DNA from: Ignavibacteriota bacterium
GTDB taxonomy: Bacteria; Bacteroidota; Ignavibacteria; UBA10030
NCBI GenBank assembly: GCA_963727825.1
Contig: CAVSHO010000011.1
Location: 64,001 to 128,000, forward strand
Direction: 5' to 3'
Length of the DNA stretch: 64,000 bases
The position numbers and the translations under genes were made by a program. The notes below the pieces were generated by a model. It made no database searches. It was not told the origin of the DNA and saw nothing but the letters and a program-made list of their open reading frames with translations. Below are positions 19,884-30,350 of this stretch, one piece after another (within the stretch, counting starts at the first letter, position 1; each line of letters begins with the position of its first letter).

Positions 19884-20681
19884 CTATTTGTATCCATAAA
19901 TCTGAGCTTGCCTTGGAAACGTATAATTCGTGGCGCGCCTGAATTTTGAGTTCTGCAAATTAGTTAACATTCGTTTTGCATCCTGTTTGCTCACTATGCC
20001 AGACTTCATTACAGCAGGTGCAATTTCTGATGCACTCATCATAACGAAGTCTATCGCCTCAGCCATTGAAATGACTGGCTGAACAAAGCAAGCATGAATA
20101 TTGGAATACCCTGCCGATATCAATGTCGAATATAATTTGTCACCAATATTGAAATCGAGACCCTGAAGTTTTCCAAGTTTAACAAATAACTCATTCATCC
20201 TTTCGATGGATTCATTACGAGGTGTCGTCATCAAGGAACTTGCATGAGGTTCTTCGCAAGCAATGACACCACCAGCTCGCAAATATCTTTTTAGGCTGAT
20301 TAGCACTTGCTTCGGATCCTTCAAGTGCATTAATAATAATCTGGAATAGATTAGATTAATAGAATTGTCTGGCAAATCTAACGCCTCTACCGTTGAGAAA
20401 ATGAATTCAATATTTGCAGCCCCCGATTCTTCTGCGGCTTTTCTGGCTAATTCAAGTTGCTTTTCACTGGCGTCGACTGCCATAATGTGACCTTTTATGC
20501 CAACTTGTTTCGAAAGCCACGTTGTCATCGATCCTATGCCACATCCAACCTCCAGAATTTTAATACCCTCTCTTAACCCGGCTCGGATGAGAAAATTTCT
20601 ACTGTGCTCACCAAATACTTCATTTATAAATTTGAGTCGGTTAAATCCTTTTTTCCCGACCTCCAAGATATATTCACCCAT
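19884..20681 (-). CDS. Class I SAM-dependent methyltransferase (cassette)
   Basis: ILEVGCGIG, AVDASEKQL and YSRLLLMHL motifs. Confidence 0.9.
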   Translation of the reverse strand: MGEYILEVGKKGFNRLKFINEVFGEHSRNFLIRAGLREGIKILEVGCGIGSMTTWLSKQVGIKGHIMAVDASEKQLELARKAAEESGAANIEFIFSTVEALDLPDNSINLIYSRLLLMHLKDPKQVLISLKRYLRAGGVIACEEPHASSLMTTPRNESIERMNELFVKLGKLQGLDFNIGDKLYSTLISAGYSNIHACFVQPVISMAEAIDFVMMSASEIAPAVMKSGIVSKQDAKRMLTNLQNSKFRRATNYTFPRQAQIYGYK

Positions 20682-20692
20682 TATGTTCTCTT

Positions 20693-21226
20693 TTATTTTG
20701 TGCTACCTAACGATTGGCGGCTAAGCTGCTGCATGGCAATAGCTTTAACACGATCGCAATTTCGTCGAACGAACCAATCAGCAAGTAATGGACGGTATTC
20801 ATGTTGCAAATCTTCGGGCAGAAGAAAGAAGTCGCCAGAAACTTCTTTGCGACACCGTTTTGATCCACAATTACATAGCCAAGATGTACCGCCCGTGATA
20901 TTGATATTGTAATCAATTGTGATCTCTTCTCCCGCAGAGATGGCTCGACGAGCAACAAGATATGATTTTTTTCCTTTGAATAATTGATAGGAGTTCGGAT
21001 CGCAACAGTGGTTGACATGTCGATCTGGGAATCCTAACAGTAACACTTTACCATCGGGATAGTCACAGTGGTCAATTCGCTCGCCAAGCTCCTCTCGAAG
21101 AGGGGAATCAGACGTAATTTCTCGAATAACATTGACACAGCTGATGCGCTCACCGATATAAAACGAACGCACCGCGAATATTCCCAAACCTTCAATTGAA
21201 GAAGTCTTAACTTCAATATTGTTCAT
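20693..21226 (-). CDS. SET domain protein-lysine methyltransferase family (cassette)
   Basis: SSIEGLGIFA, HVNHCCDPN, GEEITIDY and post-SET CNCGSKRCR motifs. Confidence 0.9.
   Translation of the reverse strand: MNNIEVKTSSIEGLGIFAVRSFYIGERISCVNVIREITSDSPLREELGERIDHCDYPDGKVLLLGFPDRHVNHCCDPNSYQLFKGKKSYLVARRAISAGEEITIDYNINITGGTSWLCNCGSKRCRKEVSGDFFLLPEDLQHEYRPLLADWFVRRNCDRVKAIAMQQLSRQSLGSTK
20705..20730 (-). mobile_element. Half attC (L'/R' only) fused to the 3' end of the SET gene
   Basis: ACCTAAC-GATTGGCG-GCTAAGCTGC. The R''/L'' half is absent. Confidence 0.75.
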
Positions 21227-21261
21227 ACTAAAATGTAATTAGCTAAATGCAATTGGGCACG

Positions 21262-21330
21262 GCCTATCCGATCGGAACTAAGTGAAACATGGCGCTTTGC
21301 GACACTGCGGCGCTGATAATTTTCCAATTT
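21262..21330 (-). mobile_element. Strongly degenerate attC remnant
   Basis: GCCTATC-CGATCGGA-ACTAAG ... CTGCGGCGCTGATAATTTT resembles the shared R'/L' and adjacent sequence. Confidence 0.4.
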
Positions 21331-21483
21331 TACAGCTGTCGCGCGTGACATCTAACCTAAATTCATAGGCTAAACTTTCTTTGCACGGTTAATTGCACCC
21401 GCGTTTTTCCCGTTTGCTTGAATACTTCGATATTACCAAAAAGGAACCAATCCATAATTACTTTCCTTAAAGTTTTATCATCT

Positions 21484-24400
21484 TCATTTGTAATCCACCG
21501 CTTTATTTGGATACAAAGGGGGAAGAGGCACTTGAATAGGATGGTCTTTGATTTCTTGACTTAAATAATTTATTGCCGCCTCAAGCTGAGCATCTTGTCC
21601 GTTAAATGTTTGATGGGGAGTGTCATCAACTACGATATCCGGATCAACACCATGGCCTTCTATGAGCCATTTACCTTCTGGACCATAAACTCCATATTCT
21701 GCGGCTGAAGCGATTCCATTGTCTCGCAGCCAATTGTCAAATGACAACCAAATCTCACCGCCCCACGTTCTCATACCAATTACTTTGCCAAGACCGAGGC
21801 GCCTAAAGCCTTCGGTGAATGCCTCTCCATCCGATGCTGTATTCTGATCACATAGTACAACTAGATGACCACAAAAAGCATATTGCATATTCCAAGTAGG
21901 CACACCGGCACGGTCTTGCCAATACATCCAAGCTTTTCGAAGAAGTTTTTCAAGTATCCAACTATCGATGTTGCCGCCGTTATTATGGCGCACATCGATT
22001 ATCAATCCATGACGATTAAAAACAGGATAAAATTCTTTTACCCATTCAGTATAATTTCCACCTCCCATAGCGCGAAGATGAATATATCCAATCTGATTGT
22101 CGCTTTCCTTTTCAACCTTGAGTCTTCTTGTGTATTCCCATTCGCTGTACCGTAGGCTAAATGCGGCTTGCTGTGAAATTGGAATGACTACGGCATCAAA
22201 CTCTTTTCCAATTGAACCGGATTTTAAATGCAAAAGCACTTGCTGACCAACCTGATTCTCAAGGAGGACATTCGGCGAAGCGACTGAATCAGTTGAAACT
22301 CCGTTGATTGAGAGAATGATGTCTCCTTCATTGATATTGGATCCTGCTTTTGCGAGTGGAGAAATGTCTTCGAGATAATCGGGATCAGATTTGTAAATGT
22401 GATTGATTTTATAACCGCCGTTTTTATCATCTTGGATAATTTCTGCACCAAGTGAGCCAACCGATACTTGAGGTTCCGGCCTCCTGACATCGCCACCCAT
22501 GACGAAAATATGCAACGCTGAAAGTTCCCCCACAATTTGACCGATGAGATCATTCAACTCATCTCTATCTCTTACTCTGTTAACTAACGGTAAAAATCTT
22601 TCGAGAGTTTTTTCATAATCAACACCTTGCATTCCTGGGTCGTAGAAATAGTCGCGCTCAAGCCGCCATGCTTCGATAAACATTTGCCGCCATTCTTCAA
22701 GCGGATCAAATGAAAATGTCCATTTGCCCAGATCGACAGCATTTTTCGAGAAGTCAGTTATCGGAGATGAGGATGCATCAACGACGTTAAAACCGTCTCC
22801 CTTCCTCACCATTATCTTCTTCCCATCTGCAGTAAGTTCATAACTTTTGATATCTTCTACGATCGATTTTACAGAGACATCTTTGTTCACAATCTCGATT
22901 GCATCGAGTTTTGTTTTCCGTTCTGCCGCAAGAGGAGTTTCTGAAACGAAAAGCATCTTATCGTTCAAAGCGAGATTTGAATAATTTCCTGCTGCAACTG
23001 GAACCTGGTATATTCTTGTTTGTATTCCATCAAGGTCAATTTTCACTTCCACATTTTTTGATTTGTCCTTTGATTCAGAATCTTTTCCCTTAGCATCTTC
23101 AGATTTTCCCTTTGATTCATCGGAAGTTTTGGATGAGGGATGTAACTCATCGGAAGGGCTAAACGGAAACCTGATATCTTTCAGAAGCGCGATCGCAAAA
23201 ATCTTTGTTGTATTGGAAAAAAAAGGCTCAGGCTCCCGATGTCCCCATGGACTTCCAACTGTAGATTGGAAATTTCTGTCCGATAAGAAATATATCCATT
23301 TCCCATCTGGACTCCATGCGGGGCTGTAACTATCAGTTCGATCGTCGGTCAATGTCGTTATCTTTTTATCGGCGATATTGTAAATAACAATACGGTTATA
23401 TGTGTTGGCGGCTTGCGAAATGTAAGACAGCCACTTACTATCCGGTGACCAGCATAAATTTTCAAAACTAGCATATTGCGAAGTCTCAACAATTTTCGTC
23501 TTCTTTGAGACAGAATCATATAAAAGAAGCCGGTTATCTTTATCAGTGTAAGCAATCATTTTTCCGTCAGGAGAAGGAATCCCGTCCATCCTAAAACCTT
23601 TTCCATCATTTGTAAGCTGCTCACCTTTTCCGATGCCGTTAGCTGGATATTTCCAAAACTCAACTTCACCCGTTTGTTCAGATTGTAATATGATGGATTT
23701 TCCGTCATGAGAAAATTTTGCATTTCGATATCTCACTCCTGATTCCCGTGTCAATTCCACAAACCGGCCATCACTGACTGGTGCAACAAAAACCTGTCCG
23801 CGCGTTGTGAGAACAATTCTATCGCCATCAGGAGAAATATGAGCTGATGTAAGATAGTCCATCGGTTTCTTGACCCATTGTATCCTTGCTTGATCGAAAT
23901 CCGATGAAAGGAAAATCTGAACTATGTTGTCTGAGTTCGATGTAATATCATATAAATAGATATCAGCGCCGCATTGATAGACAACTTTGCCAGCATCGAG
24001 AGATGCCGATGCAGCATCGAATCCCTTATGAAATGTTTCTTGACTTAAATTTTTCCCGTCTTCATTCATCGACCAGATATTCATTGTGCCATCTCGGTCG
24101 CTAAGAAAATAAACCCGTCCGTTCCATAGCATAGGATTCTTACTTGTGCCAGCATAATCACTTGTTAGAGAGACCGCCTCCTGATCTCCTTTGACATACC
24201 GCCAAATATTCTGTGCGGTTCCGCCTTGATATCTCTTCGTGTGACTGCCCTGGAATTGAAGGCGTGTGAAAAAAAGCGTATCTCCACTTGCATCAAATAT
24301 TCCATCGCTCGCTTGGGACAAAGGAACAAAATTCTTCTCTCTGTTTTTTGGGTCAATGATCATCAATTGAACATTCGGCAGGGTAGAATAATTATTTGTG

Positions 24401-24765
24401 GCGTAAATTATTTTTCCATCTGCTGTCCATCCGATCGCTGTTGTATTTTGGCCTTCGTATGTCAATCGCTTGGGAACGCCGCCATCGATTGGCATTGTGT
24501 AAACTTCCGTTGGCCCTTCATATTGCGCTGAGAATGCAATCTGAGATCCATCAGGTGAAATTACTGCATGCGCTTCGGTCCCCTGATTCGTTGTAATTCT
24601 CGCTGCTGTGCCACCATGAGTGCTGACCATCCAAAGATCACCTTCAGCTGTAAAAACTATTTTGTCCCCATGAATGGCTGGATATCTATAGTATCCCTGC
24701 TTCATACTTGCAAACGATAGATGGGAAACAAAGACTAATGAGAAGAAAAAAATTAAGCGATTCAT
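21484..24765 (-). CDS. Tricorn-like S41 protease (PD40 propellers, PDZ domain)
   Basis: YYRYPAIHGDKIVFTAEGDLW, LIIDVRHNNGGN, ASDGE and GMRTWGG motifs. Confidence 0.93.
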   Translation of the reverse strand: MNRLIFFFSLVFVSHLSFASMKQGYYRYPAIHGDKIVFTAEGDLWMVSTHGGTAARITTNQGTEAHAVISPDGSQIAFSAQYEGPTEVYTMPIDGGVPKRLTYEGQNTTAIGWTADGKIIYATNNYSTLPNVQLMIIDPKNREKNFVPLSQASDGIFDASGDTLFFTRLQFQGSHTKRYQGGTAQNIWRYVKGDQEAVSLTSDYAGTSKNPMLWNGRVYFLSDRDGTMNIWSMNEDGKNLSQETFHKGFDAASASLDAGKVVYQCGADIYLYDITSNSDNIVQIFLSSDFDQARIQWVKKPMDYLTSAHISPDGDRIVLTTRGQVFVAPVSDGRFVELTRESGVRYRNAKFSHDGKSIILQSEQTGEVEFWKYPANGIGKGEQLTNDGKGFRMDGIPSPDGKMIAYTDKDNRLLLYDSVSKKTKIVETSQYASFENLCWSPDSKWLSYISQAANTYNRIVIYNIADKKITTLTDDRTDSYSPAWSPDGKWIYFLSDRNFQSTVGSPWGHREPEPFFSNTTKIFAIALLKDIRFPFSPSDELHPSSKTSDESKGKSEDAKGKDSESKDKSKNVEVKIDLDGIQTRIYQVPVAAGNYSNLALNDKMLFVSETPLAAERKTKLDAIEIVNKDVSVKSIVEDIKSYELTADGKKIMVRKGDGFNVVDASSSPITDFSKNAVDLGKWTFSFDPLEEWRQMFIEAWRLERDYFYDPGMQGVDYEKTLERFLPLVNRVRDRDELNDLIGQIVGELSALHIFVMGGDVRRPEPQVSVGSLGAEIIQDDKNGGYKINHIYKSDPDYLEDISPLAKAGSNINEGDIILSINGVSTDSVASPNVLLENQVGQQVLLHLKSGSIGKEFDAVVIPISQQAAFSLRYSEWEYTRRLKVEKESDNQIGYIHLRAMGGGNYTEWVKEFYPVFNRHGLIIDVRHNNGGNIDSWILEKLLRKAWMYWQDRAGVPTWNMQYAFCGHLVVLCDQNTASDGEAFTEGFRRLGLGKVIGMRTWGGEIWLSFDNWLRDNGIASAAEYGVYGPEGKWLIEGHGVDPDIVVDDTPHQTFNGQDAQLEAAINYLSQEIKDHPIQVPLPPLYPNKAVDYK

Positions 24766-24857
24766 TTCTACCTCCGTAGGTTAAATAAGAAGATATTGAT
24801 GACTCCAAAGAATGATACTCTAACTGTATATAATAACTTCCATCATAATTGCAAGTG

Positions 24858-25029
24858 CTCTAACAGAATGCGGATAAGCCACAGGTTAGGCATTTCGAAA
24901 AATATATTCTTGTTAGATGTGACTACTGCAATTTTTAATCAATATATCTGCTTTTATAAATATGTCTACCAACGCACTATTTCCGTCAGCTAGCTCGCCA
25001 TCTTATTAGGCAGGAGGGCCTCGTTAGGC
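24858..25029 (-). mobile_element. attC site, L'' interrupted by a palindrome
   Basis: Minus strand GCCTAAC-GAGGC-CCTC[CTGCCTAATAAGATGGCGAGC]TAGCTGACGG ... GGCTTATCCGCATTCT-GTTAGAG. Confidence 0.78.
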
Positions 25030-25034
25030 GCGCT

Positions 25035-25628
25035 TTAATTTAATAGGTAACGTCTAACAACATCTTGAACTATAGACAACCATTGTTGCCGTTGCTCTAT
25101 TGTACTCGTAACTATAACGTTGAACATCTCTCGATGGAATATTCTTACACCACAAAGATCAAAGATACAATTATTCCAGAGAGTTTCTAATGGATCACCA
25201 AAGTTTTTGATTTCACGTTCTGTTGGTGTATTTGATGTATTGAAAATTAGAGCAACCTTTGCTTTCAAAAGACCAATTGGAACTCCTTCGCCATTATCAC
25301 CATCCATAAATTTGTATGCAGTTCCTGGACGAAGTACTCTATCTATCCATCCTTTTAAGATAGCTGGAGGTTGGCCCCACCAATTTGGGTGAATCACAAT
25401 AATGCCATCTGCAGTGGAGATTTCTCTACAATGTAATTCTAGTATCTGTGGAAGAACAGCATCTTTAGATATTTCATCAGTGATGAGAATAGGATCAAAT
25501 CGTTCAGCATATAAATCATGGAATGCCACTTGATGACCATTCTGATGCAGTTCAGCGATAACTGTTTCTGCGATTGCATGGTTGAAGCTTTGTGGATTGG
25601 GATTAGCAAGTATTACAGAAATCTGCAT
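25035..25628 (-). CDS. NAD(P)H-dependent oxidoreductase, flavodoxin-like fold (KefF/MdaB type, cassette)
   Basis: ANPNPQSFNHA, DLYAERFDP and HPNWWGQPPAILKGWIDRV motifs. Confidence 0.92.
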   Translation of the reverse strand: MQISVILANPNPQSFNHAIAETVIAELHQNGHQVAFHDLYAERFDPILITDEISKDAVLPQILELHCREISTADGIIVIHPNWWGQPPAILKGWIDRVLRPGTAYKFMDGDNGEGVPIGLLKAKVALIFNTSNTPTEREIKNFGDPLETLWNNCIFDLCGVRIFHREMFNVIVTSTIEQRQQWLSIVQDVVRRYLLN

Positions 25629-25677
25629 TGTTGAGGAAAGCCTATTTATTAATACATATGCGATTTAAGAAAGCGCG

Positions 25678-25775
25678 CCCTAACGAATCGGCGCTAAGTC
25701 CCGATTCGAAAGATTTGATGTTTTCCAATCAAATCGCGGATCCCGCTTTGCGGGATCTAATATTTTTCGACACTG
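25678..25775 (-). mobile_element. Half attC (R'/L'), near-identical to 15646-15750
   Basis: CCCTAACGAATCGGCGCTAAGTCCCGATTCGA...GATCCCGCTTTGCGGGATCTAA is shared with the 15646 site. Confidence 0.8.
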
Positions 25776-26287
25776 CAGCCCTGATAAGGTTCAATCAACA
25801 TAGAAATAACCAATAGCCATACTCTCATATGGATTCCTTTTAAGGACTTGGGGAATGGTTCAATGTATATAAATGTGGTATTATCTACAATAAAAAAGTC
25901 CCTGATACACTACCAAATGCCAAGCGCTTAGGGAGGCTAACTGTGCCCACCGGGAAAGTGAGCACTTGAAACATATAAATCATTTATGATTTAGCCAACT
26001 TGCCGATAGTAACCTTTTTCAAAAACAAAATATAATTTATAGAAATCGATTTACCCTATAGGAACAAAAACATTTTCCAGAAAAAATTCTGGCGGAATCA
26101 CTTTGCCTTTCGGTTTAGATTGATTCCTCTGGTATATCAAAGTGGAAGCAACCATATCGATCCCTCCGGAGTCGCCGGGTTGAGGTTCGTTTGGGTCCCA
26201 TATTTGATATTTCGCCAATGGCAAGATGGCAACATTGATATCGCCATCAATCCTTTAGGTGCTGGCGAAATGGTTAAAACTCCGTCG

Positions 26288-26590
26288 TTACTTGAGTATC
26301 ACCATTTTCCTTAGAAAGATGTGGTGATTGTTTTGATCATCCATGGCAATGAGCCGGTAGATGTACATTCCGCTCGCTAATCGTCCTGCGTTGAGAGTCT
26401 TTTGATAGTAACCGGCAGGCTGAGCTTCATCGGCAAGCGTCATCACTTCACGACCAAGAATATCATAGATCTTCAAACTTACACAGCTATCTTTAGCTAA
26501 CTCGTAACTGATAATGGCAGTGGGATTGAACGGATTAGGATAATTCTGATAGAGTGCATATGCTGTCGGTATCTCTGGATTGGTTGACAC
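26288..26590 (-). pseudogene. Orphan T9SS type A C-terminal sorting domain (gene fragment)
   Basis: YALYQNYPNPFNP, KIYDILGREV and LASGMYIYRL motifs. No signal peptide or cargo domain. Confidence 0.75.
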
Positions 26591-27002
26591 CTATGTTACA
26601 TTATTCCATTGAAATTTAAATGCCCTTTAGCTGAAGATGCTGTCCGGGAATTGGATTTTATATACAGTGCTTCCATCTGGCCGGACTTCAATAACTGCCA
26701 ATTCGGCTGCACCTCATCCGATAAATGTGTTTCCATTCGACAATCGTTCAACCGAACCCATCGCTACTATGAAGACGCATTGATACAAATATCACAGAAA
26801 ACGGAACTATATCGATAAACATCTCGTTTGGGCTATGAAAAGGAATAAAAGAAGCCAAATATGTCCTGGATTATTACATGTCTTTATTCGGATTGCAGTA
26901 TTGTAGATAAATAACAATAATCGAAATATCCTTTTTAATGCGATTTAACTTGATAAATCTTGATGTATTTGGTAGAATTCATTAAATCAAAGAGTTTAAT
27001 AA

Positions 27003-27746
27003 ATGTATAGAAATATTATTATACAAAGCACCAATAATGATTTATTTCACAATCTTGCATTTGAAGAATATGCAATGGAAAACCTGGCTGGAGAATATAA
27101 AATTCTTTTTTTATGGCAGTCTGCCGGGTCAATTGTAATTGGAAAGAATCAGAATCCTTTTAAGGAATGCAATGTTGACAATGTGCTGGAACATAAAATG
27201 CAACTTGGAAGGCGGGTTTCGGGAGGAGGAACTGTATATCAAGATCTTGGAAATATGAACTTTTCGTTTATCTCAGGAAAAGAGTTATTCAATACAGATG
27301 AAAATTTTTCCTTAATTATCGGGACTTTGAAGAAATGGAATATAGACCCGTATATTTCTTCTAATAACGATATTATGGTATTTGATAAAAAAATTTCTGG
27401 AAATGCATTCTGTCATAAAAAAAACAGTTCTATGCACCACGGAACTCTTCTTGTTGAATGCGACCTTATCAAGCTCGAGTATTTCTTAAAAAAACCTGAG
27501 TATAATATTATTGGTAATTCGGTATCATCAAAAAGAAGCTGTACTGCAAATATAAAATCCTTCAATAGAAATATAAATATTTATAATATAAAAAAAGAAA
27601 TAATAAAGGAATATGATAATAACTGCAGAGCATTTAATGATTATGATCTAATTGATGAAAATGTTTTTCCAATATATTATAGAAAAATGGAAAGCATCAA
27701 GTGGATATTTGGTTTTACTGAAAATATTGCTGTAATAAAAACCTGA
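27003..27746 (+). CDS. lplA: Lipoate-protein ligase A (catalytic domain)
   Basis: NLAFEEY, VIGKNQNP, RRVSGGGTVYQDLGN, KISGNA and HHGTLL motifs. Confidence 0.9.
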   Translation: MYRNIIIQSTNNDLFHNLAFEEYAMENLAGEYKILFLWQSAGSIVIGKNQNPFKECNVDNVLEHKMQLGRRVSGGGTVYQDLGNMNFSFISGKELFNTDENFSLIIGTLKKWNIDPYISSNNDIMVFDKKISGNAFCHKKNSSMHHGTLLVECDLIKLEYFLKKPEYNIIGNSVSSKRSCTANIKSFNRNINIYNIKKEIIKEYDNNCRAFNDYDLIDENVFPIYYRKMESIKWIFGFTENIAVIKT

Positions 27747-27905
27747 AAAAAATTCCATATAGGCTCGTTTAAATTAAATGCATAATACAGTGTAAAGTTA
27801 ATAGCGAGAAAACTCACCCTGCCCTTTTATAATAAGGAGTTAAGTGAGGTGAGTATTTTAGAGGAGCTCTTAAAAATTCGAATTATTTTTTATCTGGAGT
27901 AAAAT

Positions 27906-28352
27906 ATGACAAAAGAAAAAATCATGATGAAAATTGATGAATTATTGGATAATTCAAAATGCGCAGTATTGTCAACAGTCTCTTCCGATGGAAAGCCACG
28001 CTTAAGGTGGATGTGTCCCACAATATTTCCCGATATGGGGCAAATGATCTATGCGGTATCTTCCGCCGATTTTCATAAAATCGAGGATTTAAAAATAAAT
28101 CCCTCTGCATCATGGATGTTCCAGACAAAGGAACTTAATGAAATAATAAATGTTTCAGGCAAGATATATATAATAGACAACCCCTCAATGAAATCAATGA
28201 TAATCGAAAAAATTGGAAATAGGCTTCATGCATTCTGGAAATTGAAGAAGGATTCATCCGACTTTATCGCGTTGGAAACAGTCATCGAAGACGCTGTTTA
28301 CTTCAATCCGATGAAGGGGGAAAAAGAGATTATAAAATTTCTTGAAAAATGA
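27906..28352 (+). CDS. Pyridoxamine 5'-phosphate oxidase-like FMN-binding split-barrel protein
   Basis: AVLSTVSSDGKPRLRWM and KIEDLKINP motifs. Confidence 0.8.
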   Translation: MTKEKIMMKIDELLDNSKCAVLSTVSSDGKPRLRWMCPTIFPDMGQMIYAVSSADFHKIEDLKINPSASWMFQTKELNEIINVSGKIYIIDNPSMKSMIIEKIGNRLHAFWKLKKDSSDFIALETVIEDAVYFNPMKGEKEIIKFLEK

Positions 28353-29347
28353 TCATGGAAAATCACATTAAAAAATATGATGTAAAAAAAATTGATAGAA
28401 ATTTTTTAATTGAACTCCTGGAAAAAATGTGCTTGATAAGGAGATTCGAAGAGACATCTGCAAAAATGTACGGTTTAAGAAAGATCGGGGGATTCCTTCA
28501 CTTATATATTGGTCAGGAAGCGGTTGCGGTAGGCGCTGTAAGTGCAATTGATCTAAAAAAAGACGCTGTTTTCACTGCCTACCGCGATCACGGTTATGCC
28601 ATAGCATGCGGTTCAAACATAAATGCCCTGATGGCAGAACTCTTCGGCAAGGCATCAGGAATTTCAAAGGGTAAGGGCGGATCAATGCATTTTTTTGACA
28701 TTAAAAACCATATGTATGGTGGGAACGGCATTGTTGGGGCACATATTCCTTTAGCAGCAGGTTATGCACTTAAAATTTCATATATGAATGAAGACGGAGT
28801 TGTTTTATGCATTTTCGGAGACGGAGCTATTCACCAGGGTACATTCCATGAAACCCTTAATATGGCGCGGCTCTGGGATCTTCCTGTTATTTTCATATGT
28901 GAAAACAATCAGTACGGCATGGGAACATTTTATAAAAGGATCTCAAGCATCGATGATTTCACAATTATGGCAAAATCATATAATATGATAGGATTATCTA
29001 TTGATGGTATGAATGTTCTTACTGTTTATTCTGAATTAATTGATATTATACAAAAAGTGAGAAAAGAAAAAAATCCTGTTTTTCTGGAAATAAAAACATA
29101 TAGATATAAAGGCCATTCCATAAGCGATCCAGGGCAGTACAGAACCAAAAAGGAGCTGGAAGCATATAAGGAGCTTGATCCAATTCTGATCCTTAAAAAT
29201 GATCTTATGAAAAATAATATTATAGACGAAGCTGGATACGAGGAAATTGACAAAAAATGCAGAGAAAGGGTTGATGAATCCGTCAAGTTTGCCGAGAATG
29301 CTGATGAACCAGATCTGGGTGCTATCTATGAAGATATTCTTGCTTAG
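28349..29347 (+). CDS. pdhA: Pyruvate dehydrogenase E1 alpha
   Basis: KIGGFLHLYIGQEA, YRDHG, GKGGSMH, FGDGA and TYRYKGHS motifs. Confidence 0.95.
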   Translation: MIMENHIKKYDVKKIDRNFLIELLEKMCLIRRFEETSAKMYGLRKIGGFLHLYIGQEAVAVGAVSAIDLKKDAVFTAYRDHGYAIACGSNINALMAELFGKASGISKGKGGSMHFFDIKNHMYGGNGIVGAHIPLAAGYALKISYMNEDGVVLCIFGDGAIHQGTFHETLNMARLWDLPVIFICENNQYGMGTFYKRISSIDDFTIMAKSYNMIGLSIDGMNVLTVYSELIDIIQKVRKEKNPVFLEIKTYRYKGHSISDPGQYRTKKELEAYKELDPILILKNDLMKNNIIDEAGYEEIDKKCRERVDESVKFAENADEPDLGAIYEDILA

Positions 29348-29359
29348 AAGGAGGGCTGA

Positions 29360-30340
29360 GTGGCTATAATAACAATGAGAGAAGCAATAAGGCAGGCAAT
29401 CGATGAAGAAATGGCGTTTGATCAAAATGTGATTTTAATAGGCGAGGAAGTTGCCTTATATCAGGGTGCATATAAGGTTTCAAAAGGGCTTTATGAGAAG
29501 TATGGCGGAAAAAGAGTCATAGACACGCCCATCACTGAAGAAGGATTTGCAGGTATAGGAATCGGAGCTGCAATCGCTGGATTAAGACCAATCGTGGAAT
29601 TCATGACCTTCAATTTTTCTATTCAGGCACTTGATCAGATCATAAACAATGCTTCAAAAATGTTTCATATGTCGGGCGGTCAAATAAATGTTCCGATCGT
29701 GTTCAGAGGACCGAATGGTCCTGCAGAATATCTTGCGAGCCAGCATTCTCAAGCGCTGCAGACGCTCTTTGCTCATATTCCGGGATTAAAAGTAGTAAGC
29801 CCGTCAACTCCATACGACGCAAAGGGACTTTTAAAAAGTTCCATCAGGGACAATAATCCTGTTATTTTTTTGGAAAGCGAGCTCATGTATGCGTGGGAAG
29901 GCGAAGTACCCGGCAACGAATATTTAATTGAAATTGGAAAAGCCGAAATAAAAAAAGAAGGCAAAGATGTATCAATTATAACTTACGGAAGACCAATTAA
30001 GCTGGTGAATCAGGCATCTGAAATATTAACTAAAGAAGGAATTGATGTCGAAATAATCGATGTCCGCACAATAAGGCCTCTTGATGAAAAAAAGATTTAT
30101 AAATCAATTGCAAAAACTAATAGGTGCGTAATAGTCGACGAATCATGGCCTTTCTGCAGTGTGGCTTCATATATCGGATATCTTGTAAGTAGAAATTCAT
30201 TCGATTATCTGGACTGCCCTGTTGAGATTGTCACCTCGGAAGATGTGCCCATGCCTTACAGTCATAAACTTGAACTTGCTGTTCAGCCTTCAGTAGAAAA
30301 AATTGTTTACGCTGTAAAAAATGTTCTCTATAAATCGTAG
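29360..30340 (+). CDS. pdhB: Pyruvate dehydrogenase E1 beta
   Basis: GEEVALYQGAYKVSKGL, DTPITEEGF and QHSQ motifs. Confidence 0.95.
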   Translation: MAIITMREAIRQAIDEEMAFDQNVILIGEEVALYQGAYKVSKGLYEKYGGKRVIDTPITEEGFAGIGIGAAIAGLRPIVEFMTFNFSIQALDQIINNASKMFHMSGGQINVPIVFRGPNGPAEYLASQHSQALQTLFAHIPGLKVVSPSTPYDAKGLLKSSIRDNNPVIFLESELMYAWEGEVPGNEYLIEIGKAEIKKEGKDVSIITYGRPIKLVNQASEILTKEGIDVEIIDVRTIRPLDEKKIYKSIAKTNRCVIVDESWPFCSVASYIGYLVSRNSFDYLDCPVEIVTSEDVPMPYSHKLELAVQPSVEKIVYAVKNVLYKS

Positions 30341-30350
30341 GAGGAATGAA

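Noticed and set aside
25920-26010. c-di-GMP riboswitch
   Set aside because: Only partial resemblance; the required conserved stems are not visible.
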